Shown: piece by piece, positions 52,019 through 61,586 of the stretch
Layout: every line of letters begins with the position of its first letter
Position numbering within the stretch: position 1 is the first letter of the stretch
DNA from: Candidatus Acidiferrales bacterium
GTDB taxonomy: Bacteria; Acidobacteriota; Terriglobia; Acidiferrales; UBA7541
Reading direction: 5' to 3'
DNA: 64,000 nucleotides
NCBI GenBank assembly: GCA_035308165.1
Contig: DATGHC010000021.1
Coordinates: 769 to 64,768, forward strand
Position numbers and translations under genes: made by a program
The notes under the pieces: generated by a model
Told to the model about the DNA's origin: nothing
What the model saw: the letters and a program-made list of their open reading frames with translations, nothing else
Databases searched by the model: none

Positions 52019-52669
52019 TCATCTATGGCACGTCGAGCAGTTTGTGAGCGACTGAATCTTGTATTCCTTCACCAGCTTCTTCCCCAGCTCCTCCTGGTTT
52101 TCCGGCGCCTGGTAGCGAATGTTGAAGACCTGATCCCGCGGCCGCACATATTTCTCGGGAGCCCGATGGCAATCCAGGCACCAGCCCATCTGCAGCGTGT
52201 TCGCGCGCCAGGTGAGCGGCATGTCACCCACCGGCCCGTGGCAGGTCACGCATCCAATTCCTTTGTTCACGTGGATGCTGTGATTGAAATAGACAAAGTC
52301 CGGGACGGCGTTCACCCGAATCCACTCAATGGATTTGTCGTCGCGGTAGCTCGCGCGCACCGGCTCCAGCATCGGACTGTTCACCCAGATCTGCGAATGG
52401 CAGGTCATGCACGTTTGCGTGGGAGGCATCCCCGCCGCCGAAGAATTCTCCACCGCAGTGTGGCAGTACCGGCAATCCAGCCCCAGCTCACCAACGTGAT
52501 GCTTGTGGCTGAAAGGAATCGGCTGGTCTTTCGCGACGTTCACTTCCGTCACATACGGCGACGCCGAAAGTTCGTAAACCGCCCATCCCAGCAGAGCGAT
52601 AATAAATGCCGCACCATAAATGCTCAGCCGGGCAATGGTGTTGGTGCTCCGATGGAAGACTTGGGCCAT
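52019..52669 (-). CDS. actA: alternative complex III subunit ActA (pentaheme cytochrome c)
   Basis: 216 aa with an N-terminal anchor and five CxxCH sites (CRYCH, CMTCH, CVTCH, CLDCH, CSTCH). Confidence 0.92.
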   Translation of the reverse strand: MAQVFHRSTNTIARLSIYGAAFIIALLGWAVYELSASPYVTEVNVAKDQPIPFSHKHHVGELGLDCRYCHTAVENSSAAGMPPTQTCMTCHSQIWVNSPMLEPVRASYRDDKSIEWIRVNAVPDFVYFNHSIHVNKGIGCVTCHGPVGDMPLTWRANTLQMGWCLDCHRAPEKYVRPRDQVFNIRYQAPENQEELGKKLVKEYKIQSLTNCSTCHR

Positions 52670-52700
52670 AAAATCAATTTACGCCGCGCTTTCCGGCGCG

Positions 52701-54062
52701 CTAATTCGTTTTCTTCTCCTCCGTGGTTTCATCCACCAGCACACGCATCTCCGAAATGGAAATAATCGGAAGGAACCGGATAAACAGGAACAACAACGTC
52801 AGAAATAGCCCCACGGTCCCGGCAAACGTCGCCCAATCCCACCGGGTCGGAATATACATTCCCCACGCGGACGGCAGAAAATCGCGATGCAAGCTGGTGA
52901 CCACGATAATGAAACGCTCCAGCCACATGCCCACATTCACAATCAGAGAAATCACAAACAGCTTGGCCACATTTGTCCGCACGCGCTTAATCCACAACAA
53001 CTGAGGAATGGCAATATTGCACGAAATCAGCAACCAATAAAAAGGCGCGTACGGCCCGCCAAAGCGGTTCAGCATCATGAAATGGTCGTATTTGTTTCCG
53101 CTGTAAAACGCGCCGAAGGTTTCCATCATGTAGCCGTAAGCCACAATCAATCCCGTGGCCAGCATCACCTTGGCCATGTTCTCGAGATGCCTCATGGTGA
53201 TGAAATCTTCCAGCCCGTAAAACTTCCGAATGGGAATCGCAAGCGTCATGACCATCGCAAATCCGGAATAAATCGCTCCGGCCACAAAGTAAGGAGGAAA
53301 AATCGTGGTATGCCACCCGGGCACAATGGCGACGGCAAAGTCGAAGCTCACCACCGTATGCACGGACACCACCAGCGGAGTCGCCAGTCCCGCAAGCAAT
53401 AGAGACGCAGTCTCGTAGCGATGCCAGTGGACCGCCGACCCGCGCCAGCCCATCGCGAAAATTCCGTAAAACACTTTCGCCCAGCGCTTGCGAGCCTTGT
53501 CGCGCAGAGTAGCCAGGTCCGGGATCAATCCCACAAACCAGAACATCAGCGACACAGTCGCGTACGTGGACACTGCGAACACATCCCAAACCAGCGGGCT
53601 GCGAAATTGCGGCCACAAATACATGGTGTTGGGATAGGGCGCCATCCAATAGAACAGCCACGGCCTCCCCATATGCAGCAGGGGAAACAACCCCGCGCAC
53701 GAAACCGCGAAGAGCGTCATCGCTTCTGCGAACCGGTTGATGGAGGTGCGCCATTTCTGCCGCAGCAGTAACAGGATTGCCGAAATCAGAGTACCGGCAT
53801 GGCCGATCCCGATCCACCACACGAAATTGACGATGGCGAATCCCCAGCCAATCGGAATGTTGATGCCCCAGATTCTCGTGCCGGCAATCAGCAGGTAAGC
53901 CACCGCGTAATTCAGCAGCATCAACAGTGCGAAGGCGATCGCAAAGCCGAAATACCACCCTCGGGGGGTGTGCCTCCTCAGAACAATGGAGCTGATTTTG
54001 TCAGTGACCGAGGCGTATGTGTGCCCCGGTTCAATTACTGGCGGATTTTGCGCGGATTCCAT
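52701..54062 (-). CDS. actC: alternative complex III subunit ActC (NrfD/PsrC-like quinol-interacting membrane subunit)
   Basis: 453 aa, about 10 TM helices. NrfD-like WGINIPIGWGFAIVNFVWWIGIGHAGTLISAILLL. Confidence 0.88.
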   Translation of the reverse strand: MESAQNPPVIEPGHTYASVTDKISSIVLRRHTPRGWYFGFAIAFALLMLLNYAVAYLLIAGTRIWGINIPIGWGFAIVNFVWWIGIGHAGTLISAILLLLRQKWRTSINRFAEAMTLFAVSCAGLFPLLHMGRPWLFYWMAPYPNTMYLWPQFRSPLVWDVFAVSTYATVSLMFWFVGLIPDLATLRDKARKRWAKVFYGIFAMGWRGSAVHWHRYETASLLLAGLATPLVVSVHTVVSFDFAVAIVPGWHTTIFPPYFVAGAIYSGFAMVMTLAIPIRKFYGLEDFITMRHLENMAKVMLATGLIVAYGYMMETFGAFYSGNKYDHFMMLNRFGGPYAPFYWLLISCNIAIPQLLWIKRVRTNVAKLFVISLIVNVGMWLERFIIVVTSLHRDFLPSAWGMYIPTRWDWATFAGTVGLFLTLLFLFIRFLPIISISEMRVLVDETTEEKKTN

Positions 54063-54318
54063 CTACCGGAAAATGGATTCAAGGACGAAATGGAAAAACG
54101 AGAATAGCTCCGAACCTGAGATGATGCAACCTCTGGGGAGTGCAATTCCCAGGATTTGCTTTCAGTGCGAAGGCTGGTTGCGTGGGGACAATCAAAACTT
54201 CAAACCTGTTATGACTTGAAACATGAGTCAAACTTTCCGGTGGACATATATCCGGCCCGCACGTGAAATGGATCTTGCGCGCAACCTTACTGGAAGCGCG
54301 AGGGTTCGCTCCTGAAAA

Positions 54319-56043
54319 ATGTTCTCCTCTTTACATGAAATTTGGTCATTGAATTCAGATTGGGTGATCTTGGCCGCGGCCTTGATCCTGGCTTCGTGCT
54401 GGCCCCTGCTGGGCAATTCATTGTTGGCTCCTCTTGAAAGGGCTTGCGAACATTTTGCGGCGCACAAGAAACTCGCCGTGGTGACTGCCTTCTTCGTCCC
54501 CATCTTGATTCGATTGAGCCTGTTACCGATTTTTCCCATCCGGCCGCCTGGCGTTCACGATGAATTCAGTTATCTGCTGGCTGCGGATACCTTTGCGCAC
54601 GGGCGATTGGCAAATCCTCCGCATCCGTTGTGGATATTCTTCGATACGTTCCATGTCTTACAGCATCCCACATACTCTTCAATGTATCCTCCCGCGCAGG
54701 GGGCGGTGATCGCGCTCGGTCAGTTGCTGGGCAATCCATGGATTGGAGTTTTGCTCAGCATGGGCGCGATGTTTGCCGCATTACTGTGGATGCTGCAAGG
54801 CTGGTTCCCTCCGAAGTGGGCTTTGTTGGGGGCAGCTTTGCCACTTTTTCAATTCGGAATTTTTAGCTACTGGATGAACAGCTATTGGGGCGGTGCGGTC
54901 GCAACGCTGGGTGCCGCTTTGGTAATCGGTGCTTATCCCCGAATACTGCGAAAACACCGTTTCCGCGACGCCGTGCTGCTGGGATTGGGAACATGTATCC
55001 TGGCAAACAGCCGTCCTTTTGAGGGGCTGATCTTTTTTCTTCCCGTGGCCATTGCACTGACGTACTGGCTTTTCAGTCGCAAAAGTCCCGGCTGGCGGAT
55101 ATCTGCGCGGGACATAGTGATCCCCTTGGGCACCGTGCTGGCGCTTGGGTTGGTTTTTGTCCTTTATTACAACTGGAGAGTTACGCTTAGCCCGTTTTCC
55201 TTTCCCCATACTCTGGATGACCAGCAACATTTGACCGTGTCAAATTTTGTCTGGGGATCCAGCCAAAAACCAATGCAATACTTGAATCATCAGTTTGACG
55301 TCTTCTACAACCACTACGCGCGCAACCAATTCCTGCACACCTGGGAAGACTTTGGGCGCATCTCCTGGAAGAAAGTGACCGATTTTCAGGATTTCTATTT
55401 GGGAATTCCCCTGGTGACCCCGTTGTTGGCGCTTCCCCGCGTATTCTTTGACCGTCGCGTCCAGCTGCTTGCCCTGCAATTCATGCTCTGTGCCGCCATG
55501 ATGCTGACCGTCATTTATTTCAATCCTCACTACGCGGCGCCTGCATTCGCCGCGTTTCTTTGCCTGCTGGTTCAGATGTTCCGTCATATCCGACGGTGGA
55601 AATTCCGCGGCGCTGTGGTGGGCATTGGGATAACGCGGGCGATCTTCTTGCTAACCGCGGCGGCGGTCCCTATTTGCATTTATCATTCAGCGATTGACCC
55701 AAAAACGAATTACGGCCTCGGTGCGGGCGAGCCGAACTGGCAGCGAGCTGAATTGGCAGGGCAGCTCGACGCGATGGACGGACAGCACCTGGTGATCGTC
55801 AGGTATTCACAGACCCACCACAATGTCCATCACGAATGGGTCTACAACGCGGCGGACATCGACCATGCCAAAATTGTTTGGGCCAGGGAAATCCCCGGCG
55901 TCGACCTGAATGCGCTCTTAGATTATTTCAAAGGACGAAAGACGTGGATCGTTGAACCTGATACTTCCCATCCCTTGCTCTCTCCCTATAATCCAGGAAT
56001 AGCGGTCCCGCCAAATACGGAAAACAGGTTGCCGGCGCCATGA
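54319..56043 (+). CDS. large polytopic membrane protein, putative GT-C-fold glycosyltransferase
   Basis: 574 aa with many TM helices. Acidic motif HDEFSY after the first helices. No cytoplasmic catalytic domain. Confidence 0.6.
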   Translation: MFSSLHEIWSLNSDWVILAAALILASCWPLLGNSLLAPLERACEHFAAHKKLAVVTAFFVPILIRLSLLPIFPIRPPGVHDEFSYLLAADTFAHGRLANPPHPLWIFFDTFHVLQHPTYSSMYPPAQGAVIALGQLLGNPWIGVLLSMGAMFAALLWMLQGWFPPKWALLGAALPLFQFGIFSYWMNSYWGGAVATLGAALVIGAYPRILRKHRFRDAVLLGLGTCILANSRPFEGLIFFLPVAIALTYWLFSRKSPGWRISARDIVIPLGTVLALGLVFVLYYNWRVTLSPFSFPHTLDDQQHLTVSNFVWGSSQKPMQYLNHQFDVFYNHYARNQFLHTWEDFGRISWKKVTDFQDFYLGIPLVTPLLALPRVFFDRRVQLLALQFMLCAAMMLTVIYFNPHYAAPAFAAFLCLLVQMFRHIRRWKFRGAVVGIGITRAIFLLTAAAVPICIYHSAIDPKTNYGLGAGEPNWQRAELAGQLDAMDGQHLVIVRYSQTHHNVHHEWVYNAADIDHAKIVWAREIPGVDLNALLDYFKGRKTWIVEPDTSHPLLSPYNPGIAVPPNTENRLPAP

Positions 56044-57608
56044 GGAATGCCTCCAGTATCCAGAGCGAAAACGGGATGGCTCACTCCTCTCCTTCATTTT
56101 CCAGTTTCGACTTCGAGAAGCTTTCGTCATGGGCACTGGCCGCTCTCATTGGTTACGCTGCGGTCAGAAACGTATTTGAAGCCCTGACCAAGCCATTCTG
56201 GTATGACGAGATTTGTACCTGGGTCATCGTTCATCAGCCAGGGGTTTCCCGGATGTGGGAGGCACTGGCACACGCGGTAGACGGTCAGCCCCTCGGTTAT
56301 TATCTTCTGGAGCGGCTTGCATCCGTCTTCGTGGTCAATGAACAGATTTCCTTTCGCATCCCTTCGATTCTCGGACTCGCCGTGGTGACTTTGTGCCTGT
56401 TCCTGTTTGTAAAATTGCGCAGTAACAGTTTGACTGCGTTCATTTGTGCCGCGATTCCGTTGTTTACAGTGCTCTTCGATCCCTACGCGGTGGAAGCCCG
56501 GCCCTACAGCGTGGTCGTGGCCTGCATTGCCTTCGCCTTAGTGTGCTATCAACGGGCGCCGGCAATTCCATGGTTGATTCTCATGGGCGCGAGTTTCGCT
56601 CTCGCGCAGGCATTCCACTACTATGCGATTGTTTCCTTCTTTCCCTTCATCGTGTCTGAATCTGTCCTTTTGGTCAGGCGTCGGAAACTGCGTTGGACCG
56701 TTTGGCTGGCATTCTCTAGCGGGTTGCTTCCGCTGGCGGGCTTCTGGAGTTTGTTGTCGAAGTTCAGGGCTTACTACGGATCGCACTACTGGGCGGTGCC
56801 AAGCCTGGATGGCGCAAAATCCAGTTATGGATGGTTCTTCAATCTGTCACCCGCTTGGGGCCTAAACATCGCAGGTCTCGCCGTAATCATGGTATTGGTC
56901 AAATTGCTGTTTGATATGCGCCGCCACACCGGCGCGGAATACGCGGGAGTGGATTTAGTCCACGAACGTACGCTCGCGTTGGGATTCCTGGCGCTGCCCT
57001 TCGTGGGTTTCATAGTCTCAGATCTTGCTCATGGCGGCATGACGGTGCGGTACGTTATGCCGACAATACTGGGTTTCCCCCTGGCTGCCGGTTACGTTCT
57101 TCCGCCGATCAAGCGCAAAAGCGTCGCCCTTATCGGAATTCTCGCCCTTCTTCTCGCTTTCACGCTCCAGGAAAGGCGATTTTGGGTTTCTTACCCGCGC
57201 ATTTTCGTTTCTCCAGCTGATTCAGTTCAGGAATTGGTGGCTTCGGCCGGTCATCCGGATCTCCCTGTCGTTGTTTCTCACCCTCATGATTTCTTGCAAC
57301 TCGCACATTATGCCTCTCCGGATTGGCGCGGGCGATTCGTTTCGGTCGTGGATCCGGTCGAAGCAGTCATTTACACAGGTAGCGATACGGCCGACAGGGA
57401 ACTGCAAGTCATGAGGGATTACACACCGCTCCAGGTTTACGACTTCGACGAATTCGCAAGAGTGCATCCTGCTTTTCTGTTGTATTCGAGCAATGCCGGA
57501 ATGGGCCTCGATTGGTGGGGCATCAAGCTGTTTCGGAGCGGATACAAGCTGAAATTGGTGGCTATGAAAGACTTCTACCACAGAGTCTTCCTGGTCACTC
57601 AGAAATAA
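56040..57608 (+). CDS. GT-C-fold glycosyltransferase, ArnT/PMT (family 39)-like
   Basis: 522 aa and polytopic. PFWYDEICTW ... DGQPLGYYLLERL ... SFRIPSILGLAVV resembles PMT_2/ArnT N-terminal blocks. ATGA overlap with the upstream gene. Confidence 0.65.
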   Translation: MRNASSIQSENGMAHSSPSFSSFDFEKLSSWALAALIGYAAVRNVFEALTKPFWYDEICTWVIVHQPGVSRMWEALAHAVDGQPLGYYLLERLASVFVVNEQISFRIPSILGLAVVTLCLFLFVKLRSNSLTAFICAAIPLFTVLFDPYAVEARPYSVVVACIAFALVCYQRAPAIPWLILMGASFALAQAFHYYAIVSFFPFIVSESVLLVRRRKLRWTVWLAFSSGLLPLAGFWSLLSKFRAYYGSHYWAVPSLDGAKSSYGWFFNLSPAWGLNIAGLAVIMVLVKLLFDMRRHTGAEYAGVDLVHERTLALGFLALPFVGFIVSDLAHGGMTVRYVMPTILGFPLAAGYVLPPIKRKSVALIGILALLLAFTLQERRFWVSYPRIFVSPADSVQELVASAGHPDLPVVVSHPHDFLQLAHYASPDWRGRFVSVVDPVEAVIYTGSDTADRELQVMRDYTPLQVYDFDEFARVHPAFLLYSSNAGMGLDWWGIKLFRSGYKLKLVAMKDFYHRVFLVTQK

Positions 57609-57917
57609 AGGCTTCTGTGAAAACCCGCGGCCAGACGTGAATTGTGTCTGTATTGAATCGCAGGCGAGACGATGCCCGTTCTCTGAATTAACAATTCAAA
57701 GATGTCAACATCCAATTGTACCAATCAGGAACAAACGAATCCGGAGAGCGTAGACGCACTTGCTCCGCCATGCCAGAATTCTTAACGGCTGCTTGGTCCG
57801 ACCATTGGGCGAGCAGCCACTAGGAGTCTTGTCTTCAGGCGCTGGAAGGATTCTTCTTCGGACGTGTACGCGTCGAAGAATAATGGCGAAGCGGTCCCGA
57901 TCCCTTGGTAATCGAGA

Positions 57918-59147
57918 ATGAGACCCAATACAAACATCGCAATTGTCGGTGGAGGCGGACACGTCGGACTTCCACTTGGGATCATGCTGGCTGATCGCGG
58001 GATGCGGGTCACTCTGCTGGATCTGGATCAGCAAAGAGTTGATCAAATAAACTCCGGGCAGATGCCCTTCATGGAAGAAGGGGCCGGAGTGCTGCTGCGC
58101 CGCCACATTGGCAAGTCCCTTGTAGCTACTCTTGATAGCAATTGCCTTCAGCACGCTGACGTGGTGATCACCGTTGTCGGCACTCCCGTGGATAGGCACC
58201 TGAGTCCAAATCTGAATGAAGTGTACCGGATCATGGATGACGTGATCTGCCGGATGAAGGAAGACGCGATGTTAATTTTGCGAAGCACCGTCTATCCGGG
58301 AATGACGAAACTGATTTATGATCGTATTCACGCGCTCGGCCGGAAAATCCAGCTTGCTTTTTGTCCCGAGAGAATAGCTGAGGGGCACGCCATCGAGGAG
58401 TTGGCAACCCTCCCGCAGCTCATTTCGGCTTTTGATCCCGGGGCAATGAAGGTTGCGCGCGATTTATTCCTGACTTTAGCGCCCAGCGTAATCGAACTGC
58501 AACCCATTGAAGCCGAGCTCGCAAAATTGTTCTCAAACAGTTGGCGGTATTTGAATTTTGCAATTTCAAATCAATTCTATACGCTGGCGCAAAGCTATGA
58601 CCTGGACTTTTACCGCATTCATGACGCTGTTACGCGCGACTATCCCCGCATGAAAAGTTTTGCCCGTCCGGGCTTCGCCGCGGGACCCTGTTTGTTAAAG
58701 GACACGCTCCATCTGGGGGCCTTTGCGAAGAACAATTTCTTTCTGGGCCACGCGGCCATGCTGATCAACGAGGGCCTTCCGAATTTCATCGTAGAACAGC
58801 TCCGGCGCTCCGGTTTATCCTCGCGGCGCATTTCCATCCTGGGGATGGCATTCAAAGCCGACTCCGACGATTATCGCGAGAGCCTTTCCTACAAACTCCG
58901 AAACCTGTTGAAACTGGAGGCCAGCGAAGTTCTTTGCACCGACCCTTACGTGCCCGACCCGACGCTGGTGCCGCTGGATCAAGCCATCCAGAACTCCGAT
59001 GTGGTCATTTTGGGTGCGCCCCACACCGTGTACCGTGACCTGGAGATCTCGCCGGACAAGGTCGTGATGGACATCTGGAACTTTTGGAAAACCGAAAGCG
59101 CCCGCAAAGTGGAATCGTTATATGCCACACCGGCCCCGGTCGCATAA
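57918..59147 (+). CDS. nucleotide-sugar (UDP-glucose/GDP-mannose family) dehydrogenase
   Basis: 409 aa. Rossmann motif IAIVGGGGHVGLPLG, catalytic Cys context AAGPCLLKDT, C-terminal ILGMAFKADSDD. Confidence 0.88.
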   Translation: MRPNTNIAIVGGGGHVGLPLGIMLADRGMRVTLLDLDQQRVDQINSGQMPFMEEGAGVLLRRHIGKSLVATLDSNCLQHADVVITVVGTPVDRHLSPNLNEVYRIMDDVICRMKEDAMLILRSTVYPGMTKLIYDRIHALGRKIQLAFCPERIAEGHAIEELATLPQLISAFDPGAMKVARDLFLTLAPSVIELQPIEAELAKLFSNSWRYLNFAISNQFYTLAQSYDLDFYRIHDAVTRDYPRMKSFARPGFAAGPCLLKDTLHLGAFAKNNFFLGHAAMLINEGLPNFIVEQLRRSGLSSRRISILGMAFKADSDDYRESLSYKLRNLLKLEASEVLCTDPYVPDPTLVPLDQAIQNSDVVILGAPHTVYRDLEISPDKVVMDIWNFWKTESARKVESLYATPAPVA

Positions 59148-59154
59148 CTAATCC

Positions 59155-60177
59155 ATGAAAATACTGGTGACAGGCGCCGCCGGCTTTATCGCTGGCTACT
59201 TGATTTCCGAGTTGCTGGGTTCCGGATATGAAGTCACCGGTCTGGACAATTTCAGCAAGTACGGAAGGGTTGAAAAATCTTACGACTCCAATCCGCGATA
59301 CCGGCTTGTGGAAGGTGATGCAAAAGACGTCGAATTATTGAAGGCGCTTCTAAAAGATTGCGATCATTTCGTGGCTGGGGCGGCCATGATCGGCGGCATC
59401 TCCTATTTTCACGCATTCGCTTACGACCTCCTGGCCGAAAATGAACGCATCACGGCAGCCGCCTTCGACGCCGCCATTCATGCCCATCGGCATTCCCGTC
59501 TAATGAAAATTACAGTCCTTTCTTCAAGCATGGTGTTTGAGAGCGCCACCGAATTCCCAACCCCCGAGGAGGCAGTCCGCCGCTCTCCGCCTCCTCTCTC
59601 CACTTACGGGTTTCAAAAACTTGCGACGGAGTATTTTGCCAAGGGCGCGCTCGAACAATATGGCCTGCCTTACACCATTGCGCGCCCATTTAACTGCGTG
59701 GGGATTGGCGAGCGCAGGGCCATTCGAGACTCAAACATCTCCAGCGGCAATTTGCGTTTGGCGATGTCACATGTGGTGCCCGATCTGGTGCAAAAAATCC
59801 TGAGGGGCCAGGACCCTCTTCATATTCTTGGTTCGGGGTCGCAGATCCGCCATTACACCTACGGCGGCGATTTGGCCCGTGGCATTCGCCTGTGTATCGA
59901 GCACCCTTCAGCACTGAATGAGGATTTCAACCTCTCCACCCCCGTCGCTACATCCGTGATCGAGCTAAGCCGCGTAATCTGGGAAAAGATTCACAAGGGC
60001 GGCAAACCGTTCCGCTACGTCTCGGACTCTCCGTATGAATACGACGTTCAAATGCGGTCACCCAATGTCTCCAAAGCCGAGAGAGTGCTCGGGTTTCACG
60101 CGAATACTCAGTTGGCGGAAATCCTGGATGAAGTCATCCCATGGATTGCGGAACAGATTCGCACCGAGCAGATCTAA
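59155..60177 (+). CDS. NAD-dependent sugar-nucleotide epimerase/dehydratase (extended SDR)
   Basis: MKILVTGAAGFIAGYL, and catalytic YGFQK (YxxxK). Confidence 0.88.
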   Translation: MKILVTGAAGFIAGYLISELLGSGYEVTGLDNFSKYGRVEKSYDSNPRYRLVEGDAKDVELLKALLKDCDHFVAGAAMIGGISYFHAFAYDLLAENERITAAAFDAAIHAHRHSRLMKITVLSSSMVFESATEFPTPEEAVRRSPPPLSTYGFQKLATEYFAKGALEQYGLPYTIARPFNCVGIGERRAIRDSNISSGNLRLAMSHVVPDLVQKILRGQDPLHILGSGSQIRHYTYGGDLARGIRLCIEHPSALNEDFNLSTPVATSVIELSRVIWEKIHKGGKPFRYVSDSPYEYDVQMRSPNVSKAERVLGFHANTQLAEILDEVIPWIAEQIRTEQI

Positions 60178-60917
60178 TGACGCCCCCCCTCCACATCGTG
60201 ATCCCTGTGTACAATGAGGGCGCGAATTTCCCCCAGCTTCGATCCGCTCTCATTAGTGCAATTCACTCTCCCTTCGAGGTTTTCGTCATCTATGACTTCG
60301 ACGAGGACAATACGATTCCTGTAGTCCAAAGAGTGATCAGCGAGGGCGACCGCCGATTCCATTTGGTCAAGAATTCCGTCCGGCGCGGCGTTGTCGGCGC
60401 GATCCTGACCGGATTCCGGGCCGTGGAACGCGGGCCGGTTCTCGTAGTTATGGGGGATCTTTCCGACGATCTTAATATTGTCGATCAAATGGCCGACTTA
60501 TACCGCCAGGGGTTTCATCTGGTGTCGCCCAGCCGGTACATGCCGGGCGGACGGATGGTGGGAGGCCCGTTCCTGAAGCGAAATCTTTCCAGATGGGCCG
60601 GCATCACTTTGCATTGGCTCAGGCGACTGCCGACAAGCGACGCAACCAACGCATTCAAACTTTACGATGCTGAAATGCTCCGTTCCATGAGTATTGAGAG
60701 TCGCGGAGGATTTGAAATCAGCCTCGAAATCACCGTCAAGGCTTTCCTCGAGGGCTACCGGATTGTGGAGCTGCCCACTACTTGGCAAGACCGCTCCCAG
60801 GGGGAATCCCGCTTCCGTCTGTGGCACTGGCTGCCGCTTTATCTGCGATGGTACTTTCATGCCTTTCGTCCACGTTCACACCAGCCAAGGCCCTTGGTGA
60901 ATCCTCAGCAGAGTTAG
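60177..60917 (+). CDS. GT2 glycosyltransferase, polyprenyl-phosphate sugar synthase (DPM1/ArnC)-like
   Basis: The ATG overlaps the upstream TAA (TAATG). IVIPVYNEGANF, VIYDFDEDNT, VMGDLSDD. Confidence 0.8.
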   Translation: MTPPLHIVIPVYNEGANFPQLRSALISAIHSPFEVFVIYDFDEDNTIPVVQRVISEGDRRFHLVKNSVRRGVVGAILTGFRAVERGPVLVVMGDLSDDLNIVDQMADLYRQGFHLVSPSRYMPGGRMVGGPFLKRNLSRWAGITLHWLRRLPTSDATNAFKLYDAEMLRSMSIESRGGFEISLEITVKAFLEGYRIVELPTTWQDRSQGESRFRLWHWLPLYLRWYFHAFRPRSHQPRPLVNPQQS

Positions 60918-60968
60918 CTTTCAGTGCCCGGGCTCCTGAGTCTTTTCGACTTGGGAAATTATCATGGT

Positions 60969-61586
60969 TCAGTTTTTCAGAAGAGAAATGAAGTGCAGTT
61001 TTCGCCCAAAGATCATCGAGAACGGTGGTGGATAAATCGGTAAATCCTTTTGTGTGGAAACCTGCTTCAGGCCGGCGTTGCTGAATAGGTCCCGCCAGCC
61101 GGCGCTCGACAGATAATTGTAGGGGAGCAGCACACCGTGCGGCTTGTTTCCCACCCAGTCCATGAACCGCAATGTCGCGTGATCAAATGCGTCTTCCGAC
61201 AGGTGGTCCTTTATGATCACGAACTCCCGGCTGACCCGGCATGCGTCCTGAATCACGGCCAGCGGGTCAGTGGTGTGGTGCAGGACGTCCACGAATAAAC
61301 ATGCATCGAAAGAATTCTCGGGAAACGGCAGGTGGACTCCGTCGTACGCGGTGCATGGGATCGCGCAGTCCTCACGCGGTTGCACCTCCACTCCGCTTAC
61401 TTCCAGTCCGTTCACACGGGATCGCAAGATCGCATCCAGTTTTCCGTCGCCGCAACCAACATCCAACAGCCGCCAGCCGGGACGAATTAAGGCTGCAATC
61501 CGCTCCCCAAGAACTTCGATTCGCCGCCCGTGGACCAGCCGGCCGTGCGCCTTGCCAAGAAGTTTTAATCTGGGTTTAGTGGTCAT
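60969..61586 (-). CDS. class I SAM-dependent methyltransferase
   Basis: 205 aa. SAM motif LLDVGCGDGKL. Overlaps the upstream GT2 3' end by 11 nt. Confidence 0.85.
   Translation of the reverse strand: MTTKPRLKLLGKAHGRLVHGRRIEVLGERIAALIRPGWRLLDVGCGDGKLDAILRSRVNGLEVSGVEVQPREDCAIPCTAYDGVHLPFPENSFDACLFVDVLHHTTDPLAVIQDACRVSREFVIIKDHLSEDAFDHATLRFMDWVGNKPHGVLLPYNYLSSAGWRDLFSNAGLKQVSTQKDLPIYPPPFSMIFGRKLHFISLLKN

Noticed and set aside
51773-52765. 330-aa plus-strand ORF spanning the actB start, actA and the actC end. Also 49402-50004 and 43135-44004, antisense to actB and cox subunit I.
   Set aside because: They cross three real gene boundaries on the other strand and have Arg/His-rich composition.
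52987-53958. 323-aa same-strand alternative-frame ORF inside actC.
   Set aside because: The listed 453-aa frame gives a coherent NrfD-like polytopic protein. The alternative frame is Arg/Gly-rich with no hydrophobic periodicity.
57705-58199. 164-aa minus-strand ORF in the 309-nt gap upstream of the sugar dehydrogenase gene.
   Set aside because: It overlaps the well-supported dehydrogenase N-terminus (Rossmann motif) on the other strand and has no motif of its own.
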